Assembly (NCBI RefSeq): GCF_001017655.1
Contig: NZ_CP010904.1
Coordinates: 2,700,001 to 2,732,000 of the forward strand
Direction of reading: 5' to 3'
DNA length: 32,000 nt
Source of the DNA: Kiritimatiella glycovorans
GTDB taxonomy: Bacteria > Verrucomicrobiota > Kiritimatiellia > Kiritimatiellales > Kiritimatiellaceae
Part shown: positions 8,212-17,862 of the stretch, piece after piece
Layout: each line of letters begins with the position of its first letter
Position numbering within the stretch: position 1 is the first letter of the stretch
Made by a program: the position numbers and the translations under genes
Notes under the pieces: model-generated
Databases searched by the model: none
Seen by the model: the letters and a program-made list of their open reading frames with translations, nothing else
What the model was told of the DNA's origin: nothing

Positions 8212-9558
8212 TCATGATTCAAAACCGGACTTGTCTGCGCCTCCGTCTATGAGAAGCGGTATTTTCCCGCTTGGTGAGTAGGCCGGTTTTTTGCGAATGC
8301 GGAGATCGAACGTGATGTCCACATTCTGCAAATCGAAGCGGGACAGCATCGTCCCCTTAGACACCTCCTCGCCGGTTGTCACATGAAGCACGGCATAGCC
8401 GGGCGATGGCTGCGATATCTGCACGAAATCGGCATGGGCAAACGCCTCATGATGACGCCCGAAAATGAGAGCGGTCAGGCTCACCGGGTGGCCCTGGCGG
8501 TCCAGCACGTACTCGCCGACCCGTCCGTGGCGTATGCGGAATGAGGCGAGTACGCCACGCTGAAAACCCACCGGCTCAATGCTGTCGCCCGTATCGTAGC
8601 GGATGAATGGCGAGTAAGGATTGTCGTAGGCTGTGCCCACGAGGTGATGGTCTCCATTCCCGGTTTCCACCGCTTCGCAGAAGCCGTAACTCTGGAACGG
8701 CTCATAGAGATAGCGCTGCTGCCATTCCGGCGCGAGCACGACCATTTCGCTGTGGCCATACCACGATATCGTGGGTACCGGGAACGTTTGCTCAATGAGG
8801 TCCCGGTACATGGGGGCCGGATACTCGGACCCCATCAGGACTCCGCGAAGGTTGCGGAGAATACTTTCGCGCAGCGCGACGTAGCGCATGCCTTCAAGCT
8901 GGCGGGCGAAAAAATACAGCGCGCTGGGATAGCCGTGCAGATAGGTAATCAACCGGGAATCGAAGAGATGTTTTACCGCTTCTGCCGTTTCGCGCAGCGG
9001 GCGATAGGTATTGATGAAGTACGCGTCACCTTCGGGATCGTAGACCCAGGGCGCTGTCCCGAGATTGCGTCCCCGGAAAACCGCTCTTGCGTGCAGGCGC
9101 GAGCAACCCAGGCGGCTCCATATGCGCTCCATGTAATAATGTTCCCGCACGCCGTTCCCGCGGTCGACGAGGAACTTCAGAGGACTTCCCGAGGTACCGC
9201 CGGTATTGCACGAAAGGCTCCGCCGATCCGGTTGACGCCATTCCTCTCCCGAAGCGCGGAGCATCTCTTTTGTGACGACAGGGATTTTTCTCAAATCCTC
9301 AAAATCCCGAATCGCCCCGGCGTCGAAATTCCGCTCTGCATAGAGTCGCCGATAAAATGGATTCACCCGTTGCGCATGCACGGCCGCTGCGCGGGTCTGT
9401 TCAAAAATCCAGCGTCTCCGCTCTTCTGCGGGCAGTGCCGCGAATTTCGCATGCCGTCTTTTCTGCTTCCGGTAAGGCCGCAACTCACGCAGGCGCCGCA
9501 GCGGGAAGAGGATCCGGCGCTGAAAACTTTCCGGCATGCTGTATAATCCGCGTTTCAT
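8212..9558 (-). CDS. Phenylacetate-CoA ligase-like / CapK-family adenylate-forming enzyme
   Basis: 448 aa with the phosphate-binding motif 'CNTGGTSGSPLKF', analogous to SSGTTGKP of PaaK/CapK enzymes. The start ATG 9558..9556 overlaps the upstream TGA 9557..9555 (ATGA). Confidence 0.8.
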   Translation of the reverse strand: MKRGLYSMPESFQRRILFPLRRLRELRPYRKQKRRHAKFAALPAEERRRWIFEQTRAAAVHAQRVNPFYRRLYAERNFDAGAIRDFEDLRKIPVVTKEMLRASGEEWRQPDRRSLSCNTGGTSGSPLKFLVDRGNGVREHYYMERIWSRLGCSRLHARAVFRGRNLGTAPWVYDPEGDAYFINTYRPLRETAEAVKHLFDSRLITYLHGYPSALYFFARQLEGMRYVALRESILRNLRGVLMGSEYPAPMYRDLIEQTFPVPTISWYGHSEMVVLAPEWQQRYLYEPFQSYGFCEAVETGNGDHHLVGTAYDNPYSPFIRYDTGDSIEPVGFQRGVLASFRIRHGRVGEYVLDRQGHPVSLTALIFGRHHEAFAHADFVQISQPSPGYAVLHVTTGEEVSKGTMLSRFDLQNVDITFDLRIRKKPAYSPSGKIPLLIDGGADKSGFES

Positions 9559-10736
9559 GCTCCTGATCCGGCTCCGGCCGCGACCAGATTCCTGAAGTAC
9601 TCGATGTGCCGTTTCGCCACATGACCGCCGTCATTGAGCCGCGCCACTTTCGTTCTGCCGGACTCACCCATCGATCGCGCGCCTGCGGGTTCCTTCAGGA
9701 GCGCGCCCATTTTTTCCGCCATCGCCTCATCGTCATCCATCGGGACCACGTATCCGTCAACCCCGTCCTCGATCATGTCCGGGATGCCGCCCGCATCCGT
9801 ACCCACCACCGGAAGGCCCACGGCGTGGGCCTCGGTGACCACATTCGGAGAGGTGTCCATCCGCGAGCCGATACAGAGGAGACTGGACTGTTGCATCACG
9901 CGAACGACTTCTTCGCGCCTGAGCGTCCCGGGGAATTCCACCCTATCCGCGATTTGCAGTTCCCGCGCCAGCCGTTCGAGTTCTCCGCGCGCCGGCCCCT
10001 CCCCGATAATCCGCAGTCGGGCATCTGGAACGGGAAGTCGGCTGAACGCCCGGAGTACGGTATCGAAGCCCTTGTGGTAAAGCAGAGTGCCCACGGCAAC
10101 GAGGTCGTGATTCCCGCCCGGTGCCGGTTCGGCGTCAAGGAACTCCCGGTTGACCGCATGCGGGATCAGCACCACATGCTTCGCCCCGCGCGATTCCGCC
10201 CACTGCTTCGCGAACGGGGTCTCCGCGATCAGCCCATCCATCCGCCGCACCGTGCGCCCTTCCAGTCGCATACGGATCTGCTGCATAATCTCGGGCTTGT
10301 CCACGAAAGGATGCAGTTTCTCCACAATCCCCTGGAGGAAGCATGAACGCCTGAAAGGCAGCCAGGACAGCATCACCCCGTTGCCGGTCTCGATTCCAAA
10401 CGCATGCACCACATCCGGGCTGAACCTCCGCAGATGCGGATACAGTTTGAGTGCATTCAGCAATTGCAGCTGATACCAGTCGAAGCGCGCCGGGATGCGC
10501 TGCGGCACGAACTCGATCTTCAAGAGCCCAAGCTCGGCGATATGGTGTCGCCGCACCGCCCGGCTCAGGCTGAAAATCCGCACCTCGAAATCCCTCTGCG
10601 CGCCGAGTTCCATCGAAAGCGCGCGCACCCAGGACGACGGATGTTCGTCGCGCCGGACCGGCCGGATGTACTCCGGCGGCAAGACCGCCGCCGCCGGATA
10701 GGGGGCGATCATTGCGATTTTAATACTGGAACTCAT
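9555..10736 (-). CDS. Glycosyltransferase family 4 (GT-B)
   Basis: ORF 9555..10868 trimmed to Met45 (MSSSIKIAMIAPYP...), a typical GT4 N-terminus. The C-terminal half has 'PNVVTEAHAVGLPVVGTDAGGIPDMIEDGVDGYVV' (EX7E-type region). Confidence 0.85.
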   Translation of the reverse strand: MSSSIKIAMIAPYPAAAVLPPEYIRPVRRDEHPSSWVRALSMELGAQRDFEVRIFSLSRAVRRHHIAELGLLKIEFVPQRIPARFDWYQLQLLNALKLYPHLRRFSPDVVHAFGIETGNGVMLSWLPFRRSCFLQGIVEKLHPFVDKPEIMQQIRMRLEGRTVRRMDGLIAETPFAKQWAESRGAKHVVLIPHAVNREFLDAEPAPGGNHDLVAVGTLLYHKGFDTVLRAFSRLPVPDARLRIIGEGPARGELERLARELQIADRVEFPGTLRREEVVRVMQQSSLLCIGSRMDTSPNVVTEAHAVGLPVVGTDAGGIPDMIEDGVDGYVVPMDDDEAMAEKMGALLKEPAGARSMGESGRTKVARLNDGGHVAKRHIEYFRNLVAAGAGSGA

Positions 10737-10770
10737 GTGAATGCTACAGGACCAAGAGATGGAAAGACGG

Positions 10771-11850
10771 TCATTTTCCCGCGGCGCGAACGAATTCCCG
10801 GGCGGTCGCCTCATGGCTGATCTCGCCGGCGACCCTCCTCGCATATTCCGCAGCCGCCTTAATGTCACTTCCGGAACGGGTCAGCACCCATCGCAATGCT
10901 TTTTCCAGCGCATCGACACTCCCGGATTCAAAAACCCATTCATCGCTTAGCGTAAATTCCGGATAATTGCCGACTGCGTCTGAAAGCAGCATGGCATTGC
11001 CGCACTTCGCCGCCTCTATCACCGTCAGCGGATTGCAATCACGCCTCGAGGGCAGCACAAAGACGTGGCAGTCGCGCATGATCCGGGCACACTCGATCTG
11101 AGCGCAATTGCCATGGTATATTATGTTATCGATTGGTTCCTTCTCGAGAGGACCGGTACCCGCTACATGGCACTCAAAGGCCGGCAGGTCGCATTCCCGC
11201 GCGAGGCGACGAAACGCCTCCTTTAAAAGATCAAAACCCTTGCGCTCAATCAGACTCCCGCAGAACATGAATTTCAAAGGAGATTCTCCGTGTTTCCGAT
11301 CAAATCTACTCTGATCAATATGATAGGTGTCGTCATCCACACTGTTAGGGGCATAATATATTTGTTCTTCACGGGCGCCACAGCGTTCCCTGACATACTG
11401 AGCCGACAAGCGACCGGGCACGAGATACCGGTCTGAGTGCCTGTAGAAAAAGCGCTGCCTTTTCAGCAATGCGGCGCTCCCTGCCGTGAACGGAGTCTGC
11501 TCCGTCCAGAAAATAAGCCTGTAACGCAGAAGCTTCTTTAAGGCTGCGGCAATCACTCCCTCGTTTGCAGGGCAGGCCACGACCACGTCAGGTCTCCACC
11601 GCAGCAGAATCCACAGCCAGTGGAACACATTCGTATACACCTTGTTCGATTCGTATCCCGCAGAAACAACAAGAGAGCGAATTCTTTTCTGCTCGAAGCC
11701 GCTTCCAGTGTGGACATTCCATTGGCGGCGGACTTCGGGACGTGAATAACGCACCACAAGAACGTCGACCCGATCCACAGCTGCGAGCGCATCAAATAAT
11801 CCCACCCTGTACGGCGTTAGGTAGGGCTGAAGTATCAGGATTTTAGGCAT
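10771..11850 (-). CDS. Glycosyltransferase, GT-B (group 1)
   Basis: ORF 10771..11973 trimmed to Met42 (MPKILILQPYLTPYRVGLFDAL). The ATG at 11850 overlaps the end of the upstream wzy-like gene by 8 nt (ATGCCTAA). It carries 'LPSRRDCNPLTVIEAAKCGNAMLLSD'. GC content is visibly lower than in the flanking genes. Confidence 0.8.
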   Translation of the reverse strand: MPKILILQPYLTPYRVGLFDALAAVDRVDVLVVRYSRPEVRRQWNVHTGSGFEQKRIRSLVVSAGYESNKVYTNVFHWLWILLRWRPDVVVACPANEGVIAAALKKLLRYRLIFWTEQTPFTAGSAALLKRQRFFYRHSDRYLVPGRLSAQYVRERCGAREEQIYYAPNSVDDDTYHIDQSRFDRKHGESPLKFMFCGSLIERKGFDLLKEAFRRLARECDLPAFECHVAGTGPLEKEPIDNIIYHGNCAQIECARIMRDCHVFVLPSRRDCNPLTVIEAAKCGNAMLLSDAVGNYPEFTLSDEWVFESGSVDALEKALRWVLTRSGSDIKAAAEYARRVAGEISHEATAREFVRAAGK

Positions 11851-13306
11851 AGTGCGGTGCTGTATTTTTTGCAGGCTTCCCTGAACAGGATAAACCGGGA
11901 ACCCAAAGAATGGCCGCCCACAACCAGAAAGCGTTAGTAAGAAAAGCCACATGCAGCAGGGGGGCGAGCGCAAATATGCCGAACATCGTTACCGCATACG
12001 CAACAAATCCCAGTGCCAGCGCATTCTGATAGGGGTCACAGTACATGTTTCGACTGTATTGATTATATATACGGTATAAAGCATAACCCCACAGCCACCA
12101 GTATAGCACAAAACCTATTGGCCCCATTTCGCTCCATATCGTCAGCAAAGCGGTGACGATTCCCGTGGTTATACTTCCCCCCAGACTGATCCTTTGACCG
12201 CTGACAGCCTTCCTCATCCAATTGTAATATTTTTCTGCGATGGGTTGGCGCGTCTCCCGGCCGATCACGCTGCCCGCCTTGCCGGGCCCGGCCCCTACAA
12301 GCCAGAAATATTTGGCGTCCCGGGGAAGTTCCACGATACTCCTCCGGTATGATTCGAGCTTCGTACCTTGCATGAAACGTTCCCAGCGCTTCTCGAGGTT
12401 CTTTGAACTCACCATTTTTCCCACTTCACTCTGCTGCGCCTGAATAGCGGAAAAGCCCGTGTAAAGCATGGTCAGGAGCACCGCGCCTGCAATCAGCGCA
12501 CGATAGTTTCTCGTTATGATCATCAGTGCGGCCATGGCGGCGGCGAAGATGAAATAGGCGTGGATGGTGAAGGTAAAATAGAGCTGGATAAGCATAATCC
12601 CGAACAGAGCCGCCGCCGCGAGTTTCTTTCTGCCCGATCCGAAAACGATCAGCCCGAAGAGCACCCCGAGCACCCCGACCGTAAAGTAGGCAACGTAATT
12701 ACATCCTTCCACACCCCCGCGCGCAAAATCCGGTCCGCCCAGCTTCGGATTGGGAAGAGGATTGGCCCCGACATACCACCCCGCATTCAGGATAATATGG
12801 ATAAACGCACCCACGATAAGCATCTTGTAATAAAAACGGTAATTCTCGCGCGGAAGCACGATCAGGGCGAAATAGAATACGAGAAAGCATCGAAAATAGT
12901 GGCTGTAGTACATAACTAGGTAGAAATTCACGCCGCCCGTCAGGATCGCCGATATGAATACAAGACCGATCAGAAACCACAAAACCCGGGTCATCGTACG
13001 GCAGCCCGGAGGAACCTCACGAAAGCGGATATAACGCATGGCCAGGATCCCGAGCATCATCACGATAAAAGCCTCGTCCGACCACTGGGTGATGATCGAA
13101 GGGACCACTTCTTTTGCCAGGGGATAGACGTTCAGATAGATCCAGTAGATCAGCAGGAGGACTTTCGGATTGCCGACCATGATGATGCCCATCATGGCCA
13201 CGGCAAGGAACGCCCAGACGAGGATCGACTTGGTGACGGCGAACATCACCAGTCCAAGCAGGATGAAAGAGAACAGGAACAGCGCTTCTCGGAGCTTATA
13301 ATTCAT
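11843..13306 (-). CDS. wzy: O-antigen polymerase / O-antigen-ligase-like multi-pass membrane protein (Wzy-type)
   Basis: 487 aa, strongly hydrophobic with at least 10 predicted membrane-spanning stretches and one large hydrophilic loop (about residues 290-350). It sits between glycosyltransferases and near wzx. GC content is lower than in its neighbours, as is usual for wzy genes. Confidence 0.7.
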   Translation of the reverse strand: MNYKLREALFLFSFILLGLVMFAVTKSILVWAFLAVAMMGIIMVGNPKVLLLIYWIYLNVYPLAKEVVPSIITQWSDEAFIVMMLGILAMRYIRFREVPPGCRTMTRVLWFLIGLVFISAILTGGVNFYLVMYYSHYFRCFLVFYFALIVLPRENYRFYYKMLIVGAFIHIILNAGWYVGANPLPNPKLGGPDFARGGVEGCNYVAYFTVGVLGVLFGLIVFGSGRKKLAAAALFGIMLIQLYFTFTIHAYFIFAAAMAALMIITRNYRALIAGAVLLTMLYTGFSAIQAQQSEVGKMVSSKNLEKRWERFMQGTKLESYRRSIVELPRDAKYFWLVGAGPGKAGSVIGRETRQPIAEKYYNWMRKAVSGQRISLGGSITTGIVTALLTIWSEMGPIGFVLYWWLWGYALYRIYNQYSRNMYCDPYQNALALGFVAYAVTMFGIFALAPLLHVAFLTNAFWLWAAILWVPGLSCSGKPAKNTAPHYA

Positions 13307-14528
13307 AATCGTTCTTCCGAATAATATCGGTGTACACGGTCTTCATGCGTGAGGCCACGACAGGCATGGCGAACGTCTCTTCGGCTCTTTCCCTCGCGGC
13401 ATCTCCCATTCTTTTGCGCAGGCGCTTATCCCCAAGCAGACGCGTCGCAGCCGCGGCCATCGCTTCGTGGTCTTCCGAAGCAACGATTTCCCCGTTCAAC
13501 CCAGGCTCAATCACGGCGCGGTTGCCGGGAAGATCGAACGCCACTGCGGGGATCCCGTAGCTCTGCGCTTCCAGCAGTGTGTTGGATATCCCCTCCATTC
13601 TCGAAGGAAGAAGCAGCACGGCGGCCTTCAGGTATATTTGATCCATATCATTCACATGGCCCGCGAACTCGATGCTGTCTCCGCATCCTGTATCTTCCGC
13701 ATACTGCCTCCACGCCTGCATTGAGCCGCGTCCTGCGATCACGAGTCGTACCCCGTCCAGAGTTCCGGCGACCCCCGCCCAGGCTCTGAACAACAAATCG
13801 AATCCCTTGTGCGCAGCGCCCTGTGTAAAATTTGAGGCGCAGAGAGCCACCGGACTCTCGAGCGCCGACCTCTCCCCCGGCATATCCACACCGTTCGGAA
13901 CATCAAAAATCCGGTCCCCGGGCACGCCCCGTTCCATCAGTTCGGAGCGAATACCTGCATGCATCGCCGCGTACCAGTGGTTCGTCCGCAGACGCTCCCA
14001 CCGGCGCCATCCCGGCACATCGCGATTGGTCGGGCGGAATACGGGACACAACGCCTCCTTCATCAACACCGGTATTCGCCACTTCAAACCGAAGTGACGA
14101 GCAAATCCGGCCATCCAGTATTCTCCATGGACATGAATCAGATCAATGGTTTTCCGGTGTTGTTCAAAATAACGGTATGCCGATACCAGAAAGCATAGGT
14201 AGTCGATGGTGCGAAATAAGGACAGAGGCCCGTGCGCGCGAACGTTCTCTGTGCCGGACGATGTATGGCCATCATCACCCCCGTGTCGGTCGCGCCAGCG
14301 GTCGCGCCAGCGATCCATGCGGGTCCTCAGCGGACCGAAGAGCCCGATGCGCCGGATATGAACGCCTTCCGTTTCTTCCCGGCGCGGCGAACGAAGCAGG
14401 GATCGGCGCGTGAGCACCGTGCACTCCACGCCCTGCCGGACGAGCTCGCGGGCCAGCTTCCAGCACTGGTGTTCAGCGCCGCCCTGCGGTCCGGGCCGGA
14501 AATTCCAGATGAACATGCAGACGTGCAT
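13296..14528 (-). CDS. Glycosyltransferase family 4 (GT-B)
   Basis: ORF 13296..14648 trimmed to Met41 (MHVCMFIWNFRPGPQGGAEHQCWKLAREL). Its ATG 14528..14526 abuts the TGA 14530..14528 of asnB (TGATG). The EX7E region is 'LPSRMEGISNTLLEAQSYGIPAVAFDLPGN'. Confidence 0.8.
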   Translation of the reverse strand: MHVCMFIWNFRPGPQGGAEHQCWKLARELVRQGVECTVLTRRSLLRSPRREETEGVHIRRIGLFGPLRTRMDRWRDRWRDRHGGDDGHTSSGTENVRAHGPLSLFRTIDYLCFLVSAYRYFEQHRKTIDLIHVHGEYWMAGFARHFGLKWRIPVLMKEALCPVFRPTNRDVPGWRRWERLRTNHWYAAMHAGIRSELMERGVPGDRIFDVPNGVDMPGERSALESPVALCASNFTQGAAHKGFDLLFRAWAGVAGTLDGVRLVIAGRGSMQAWRQYAEDTGCGDSIEFAGHVNDMDQIYLKAAVLLLPSRMEGISNTLLEAQSYGIPAVAFDLPGNRAVIEPGLNGEIVASEDHEAMAAAATRLLGDKRLRKRMGDAARERAEETFAMPVVASRMKTVYTDIIRKNDYEL

Positions 14529-16372
14529 CACTTCAAGAACTGCAGCGCGGAAAAAGCGTTCCAGGCGAGTCTCCGGCGGCCGCCGGTTTCGGCGAATACG
14601 AGTCCGGCCGCGGAACGGCGCACGAGCGGAGAAGAAAGGCTCCGCCACCGTTCTTGCATCCGGGCCGCATTATCGTTCACACACCACTGCTGAAAAGGGG
14701 GAATGAAGCCCTGTTTGCTGCGATCCCACAGCTCCCGGGGCACATGACGCTCCAGCACCCGCCGAAGCAACACCTTCCCCGCGCCCCCCGGAGAGAGCCG
14801 CGCGCTACGCGGCAGCCGGGCCGCGAATTCAATCATCTCATGATCCAGGAACGGGCTCCGGCATTCGAGTGAATGCGCCATGCCCGCGCGGTCGACCTTC
14901 TTCAGGACCTCGCCGGGGAGATAATGATTGAAATCAAGCTGCTGCAGCCTGCTCAACAGGCTGCCCCGGACATAATCGGCCATGCTTGCGTCCCGCTCCT
15001 CGCGGCGGGCGCGGAAGCAGCGCAATGCGGGTCCCGCAGACATGATGCGGAAAAAGTGCCGGTCGGGAATAAGCTGAGAAAACTTGTGGCAGCGATTTTC
15101 GGGAGCCACGCACTTCATCCTCAATCGCACGGCAGGATTCAGGGACTTTGCGTGCGGCGCCATTTTCGCGCGGTCCTCCGCTTCCCCCCACAAGGCCAGA
15201 AACCGGGGATAGGTCCGGTAGCCGGCAAACAATTCGTCTGCACCATCGCCCGTGAGCGCCACCGTTATATTTTCGCGCGCCAGCCCGCATACATAGTGCT
15301 CAGGCACCGCGGACGGATCGCCGAATGGCTCGTCGTAATAGCGGGCGATGGTCTCGAATTCACCCATCCGATCCGCGCGCAAACGCAGTACATGGTGCCG
15401 TAGCCCGAGATAACGCGCCACGGCGGAAGCCCGCTCCGATTCGTCGTACGCCGGATCATCAAACCCTATCGTGTAGCAGGGAATGGCATGACCGAGCCGT
15501 TTAGCCGCCACGGCGGCGATAAGCGTCGAGTCGATGCCTCCCGAAAGAAATATGCCCAAAGGGACATCAGACATGAGGCGCATACGTATGGATTCTGTCA
15601 GCCGCGCTTCAAATTCGTCGGCAAGCTCATCCAGCTTTCGCGATCCACTCACCTGGCCTTCGAACCTTACCCTCCAGTAGCGGCGCACCTCCAGGCGACC
15701 GGACCGCCAGCAGGCGTAGTGCGCGGGAGGCAGTTCGCGCACCTGCGCATAGAAGGTGCGCTCGCCCACGGCATATCCGTAGGTCCAGAACTGCGCAAAC
15801 CCCGTCTCATCGATTTGCTCGCGGTCGATCGCCCCGCTCGCGAGAAGCGCCTTAATCTCCGAAGCAAAGCACAATCCCCGCCCACCCTGCGGGCTGTAAT
15901 AGAGAGGCTTCTGGCCGGCCCGGTCGCGCGCCAGGTAGAGCGCGTCCTGATCGCGGTCATAGATGGCAAAGGCAAACATCCCTCTGAGACGATCCAGAAG
16001 CCCCTCAATGCCGAATTCCTCATAAAGATGGAGTATGGTCTCCGTGTCGCAGCGGGAGCGGAAGACATGTCCCTTCGATTTCAGCTCCCTCCTCGCTTCC
16101 TCGTGTCCGTAGACCTCGCCGTTGTAGACGATCCATATCGACCCGTCTTCGTTGGACATCGGCTGCCGGGCTGCGGACGAAAGGTCCACGATACTCAGCC
16201 GTCGGTGAGCGAGGCCCAACGAAAACCCTTTCGCATCCCGGGGGGCCCGGGCTTCCCATACGGCAAGGCCTTCATCATCCGGGCCGCGGCTCACCATGGT
16301 ATCCCGCATGCGCTTCAGAACGTCCGCGTCAATGGCTCCTTCTTCCTTCACAATGCCCGCGAATCCACACAT
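14528..16372 (-). CDS. asnB: Asparagine synthase (glutamine-hydrolysing)-type amidotransferase; its polysaccharide-cluster context suggests uronamide formation
   Basis: ORF 14528..16417 trimmed to 'MCGFAGIV', the canonical Met-Cys nucleophile N-terminus of class II glutamine amidotransferases. The PP-loop ATP pyrophosphatase motif 'FLSGGIDSTLIAA' is present. Confidence 0.9.
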   Translation of the reverse strand: MCGFAGIVKEEGAIDADVLKRMRDTMVSRGPDDEGLAVWEARAPRDAKGFSLGLAHRRLSIVDLSSAARQPMSNEDGSIWIVYNGEVYGHEEARRELKSKGHVFRSRCDTETILHLYEEFGIEGLLDRLRGMFAFAIYDRDQDALYLARDRAGQKPLYYSPQGGRGLCFASEIKALLASGAIDREQIDETGFAQFWTYGYAVGERTFYAQVRELPPAHYACWRSGRLEVRRYWRVRFEGQVSGSRKLDELADEFEARLTESIRMRLMSDVPLGIFLSGGIDSTLIAAVAAKRLGHAIPCYTIGFDDPAYDESERASAVARYLGLRHHVLRLRADRMGEFETIARYYDEPFGDPSAVPEHYVCGLARENITVALTGDGADELFAGYRTYPRFLALWGEAEDRAKMAPHAKSLNPAVRLRMKCVAPENRCHKFSQLIPDRHFFRIMSAGPALRCFRARREERDASMADYVRGSLLSRLQQLDFNHYLPGEVLKKVDRAGMAHSLECRSPFLDHEMIEFAARLPRSARLSPGGAGKVLLRRVLERHVPRELWDRSKQGFIPPFQQWCVNDNAARMQERWRSLSSPLVRRSAAGLVFAETGGRRRLAWNAFSALQFLK

Positions 16373-16386
16373 ATCCCGTTCTCTCT

Positions 16387-17856
16387 TCAGCCCCGCCTCT
16401 GTGATCCGGCACGCCATTTACGAACGGCCGACGCGGCCAGATCGCAGCACTCCCGGTGCGCCGCAGGCTTGAACAGAACACTTCCCGCCGCGTAGATAGC
16501 CGCTCCGACAGCGACCTGGATCGCGAAAACGCCGATCTGCACCTGACCTTCCGCGATCAGGCGGACGAGTCCGACTCCCGCCATCATCGCCGCGCTCAGG
16601 GCCAGATAGGGCGCGGCATCGCGAAGCTGCATGGTGAAGTTATAGATGAACACGGAGCGCATGTAGTACACGCTGAGCAGCCATCCGATCACACAGCAAA
16701 CCGTGTGACCGATCAGCAGGGCAATCACCCCGTAACGGAAGGTCACGAATATATTGACCACCTGCAAGATGCGCTTGATGACCTCTTGGCGAAAGAAGAG
16801 ATCGCTGCGCCCCTTGGCCTGCAGGATGTTGTTGTTGATGTAATTCAGGGGATAGAAGAGTCCGGCTACACAGAGAACACGAAGAAACGGGACGGAGGGA
16901 AGCCACTTTCTGCCGAAGACCACGCCGACAAAGGAGTCGCTGGTCATAAGCAGGCCCATCAGGATGGGTGCGATCACGAAGAGGCAGAACGAGGTGGCCT
17001 TGCGCGCGCCACGCAGAAAACGTTCCTGTTCATCCTGCACCGCCGAGAACGCGGGAAACATCACCTGCCCCACGGTCTGGGTAAGGACCACCGCAAAAAG
17101 CTCATGCATGCGGTGCGCTCGGGTGTAGTAGCCGAGTTCGGTCTTGTTGTACATCTTACCGATGAGCACGAGGTATATGTTATCGAAAAAGATGCTCACC
17201 AGTGAGGCGGCGAGGATGCGAGAACCGTAGGGGAACATCTCCTTCAGCGAGCGAAAGCTGAAACTGAGCTTCGGTCGCCAGGGAAAAAGTATCCAAATAA
17301 ATACCATGCGTGAAAAACTGGCCGAAAGCTGCATGCCGACCAGACTCCACGGCCCGAAGTCCTTGAGCGCCATCCCGATTCCGACTGCAGCGGAGATGGG
17401 GAAAGAGAGAAAATTGCTGAGAACCTTCTTGCGGAACTGGATCCGCTTGATCAGCAGCGTATTGTGGACGATCATGAGCGAGCCGAAAAGAAAGTTGAGC
17501 GACATCACACGTGTCAGCCACAACAGCTTCGGCTCCTCGTAAAATGTTGCGATCAGGGGCGCGGAGAAGAACAGCAGGGCGATCAGGGCCAGCGCGATGA
17601 ACACGCCGAAGTAGAAAACCGCCGTGGCGTCCTCGTCATCCGCATCCTTCTTCTGTACCAGCGCTCTGCCGAATCCGGCAGCCACCAGCTGCTGCCCGAG
17701 GATCATAAAGATCGTAAGCATGCCGAGCAGGCCGAAATCCGCAGGGGAAAGAAGGCGCGCGAGGACCACGGAAACGACAAAGCGCACCATCTGCATGCCG
17801 ATGCGCTCGGAGAACGTCCAGAGAAGCGCCTTTACCGTTTGTTCGCGAAGCCCCAT
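16387..17856 (-). CDS. wzx: Polysaccharide flippase (MOP/PST family, Wzx-type)
   Basis: 489 aa multi-pass membrane protein. The N-terminus '...RFVVSVVLARLLSPADFGLLGM...' is typical of the Polysacc_synt family. Confidence 0.85.
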   Translation of the reverse strand: MGLREQTVKALLWTFSERIGMQMVRFVVSVVLARLLSPADFGLLGMLTIFMILGQQLVAAGFGRALVQKKDADDEDATAVFYFGVFIALALIALLFFSAPLIATFYEEPKLLWLTRVMSLNFLFGSLMIVHNTLLIKRIQFRKKVLSNFLSFPISAAVGIGMALKDFGPWSLVGMQLSASFSRMVFIWILFPWRPKLSFSFRSLKEMFPYGSRILAASLVSIFFDNIYLVLIGKMYNKTELGYYTRAHRMHELFAVVLTQTVGQVMFPAFSAVQDEQERFLRGARKATSFCLFVIAPILMGLLMTSDSFVGVVFGRKWLPSVPFLRVLCVAGLFYPLNYINNNILQAKGRSDLFFRQEVIKRILQVVNIFVTFRYGVIALLIGHTVCCVIGWLLSVYYMRSVFIYNFTMQLRDAAPYLALSAAMMAGVGLVRLIAEGQVQIGVFAIQVAVGAAIYAAGSVLFKPAAHRECCDLAASAVRKWRAGSQRRG

Positions 17857-17862
17857 AAATCC

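Noticed and set aside
9555-10868. Long N-terminal extensions in the ORF track (9555..10868, 10771..11973, 13296..14648, 14528..16417, 17863..18759, 135..929).
   Set aside because: The extensions overlap the preceding gene and are Arg/Pro-rich. They precede internal Met codons that give canonical family N-termini (MCGFAG, MSSSIKIAMIAPYP, MPKILILQPY, MLPNFLIVGAEKAGTT), often with ATGA/TGATG coupling. The shorter starts were used.
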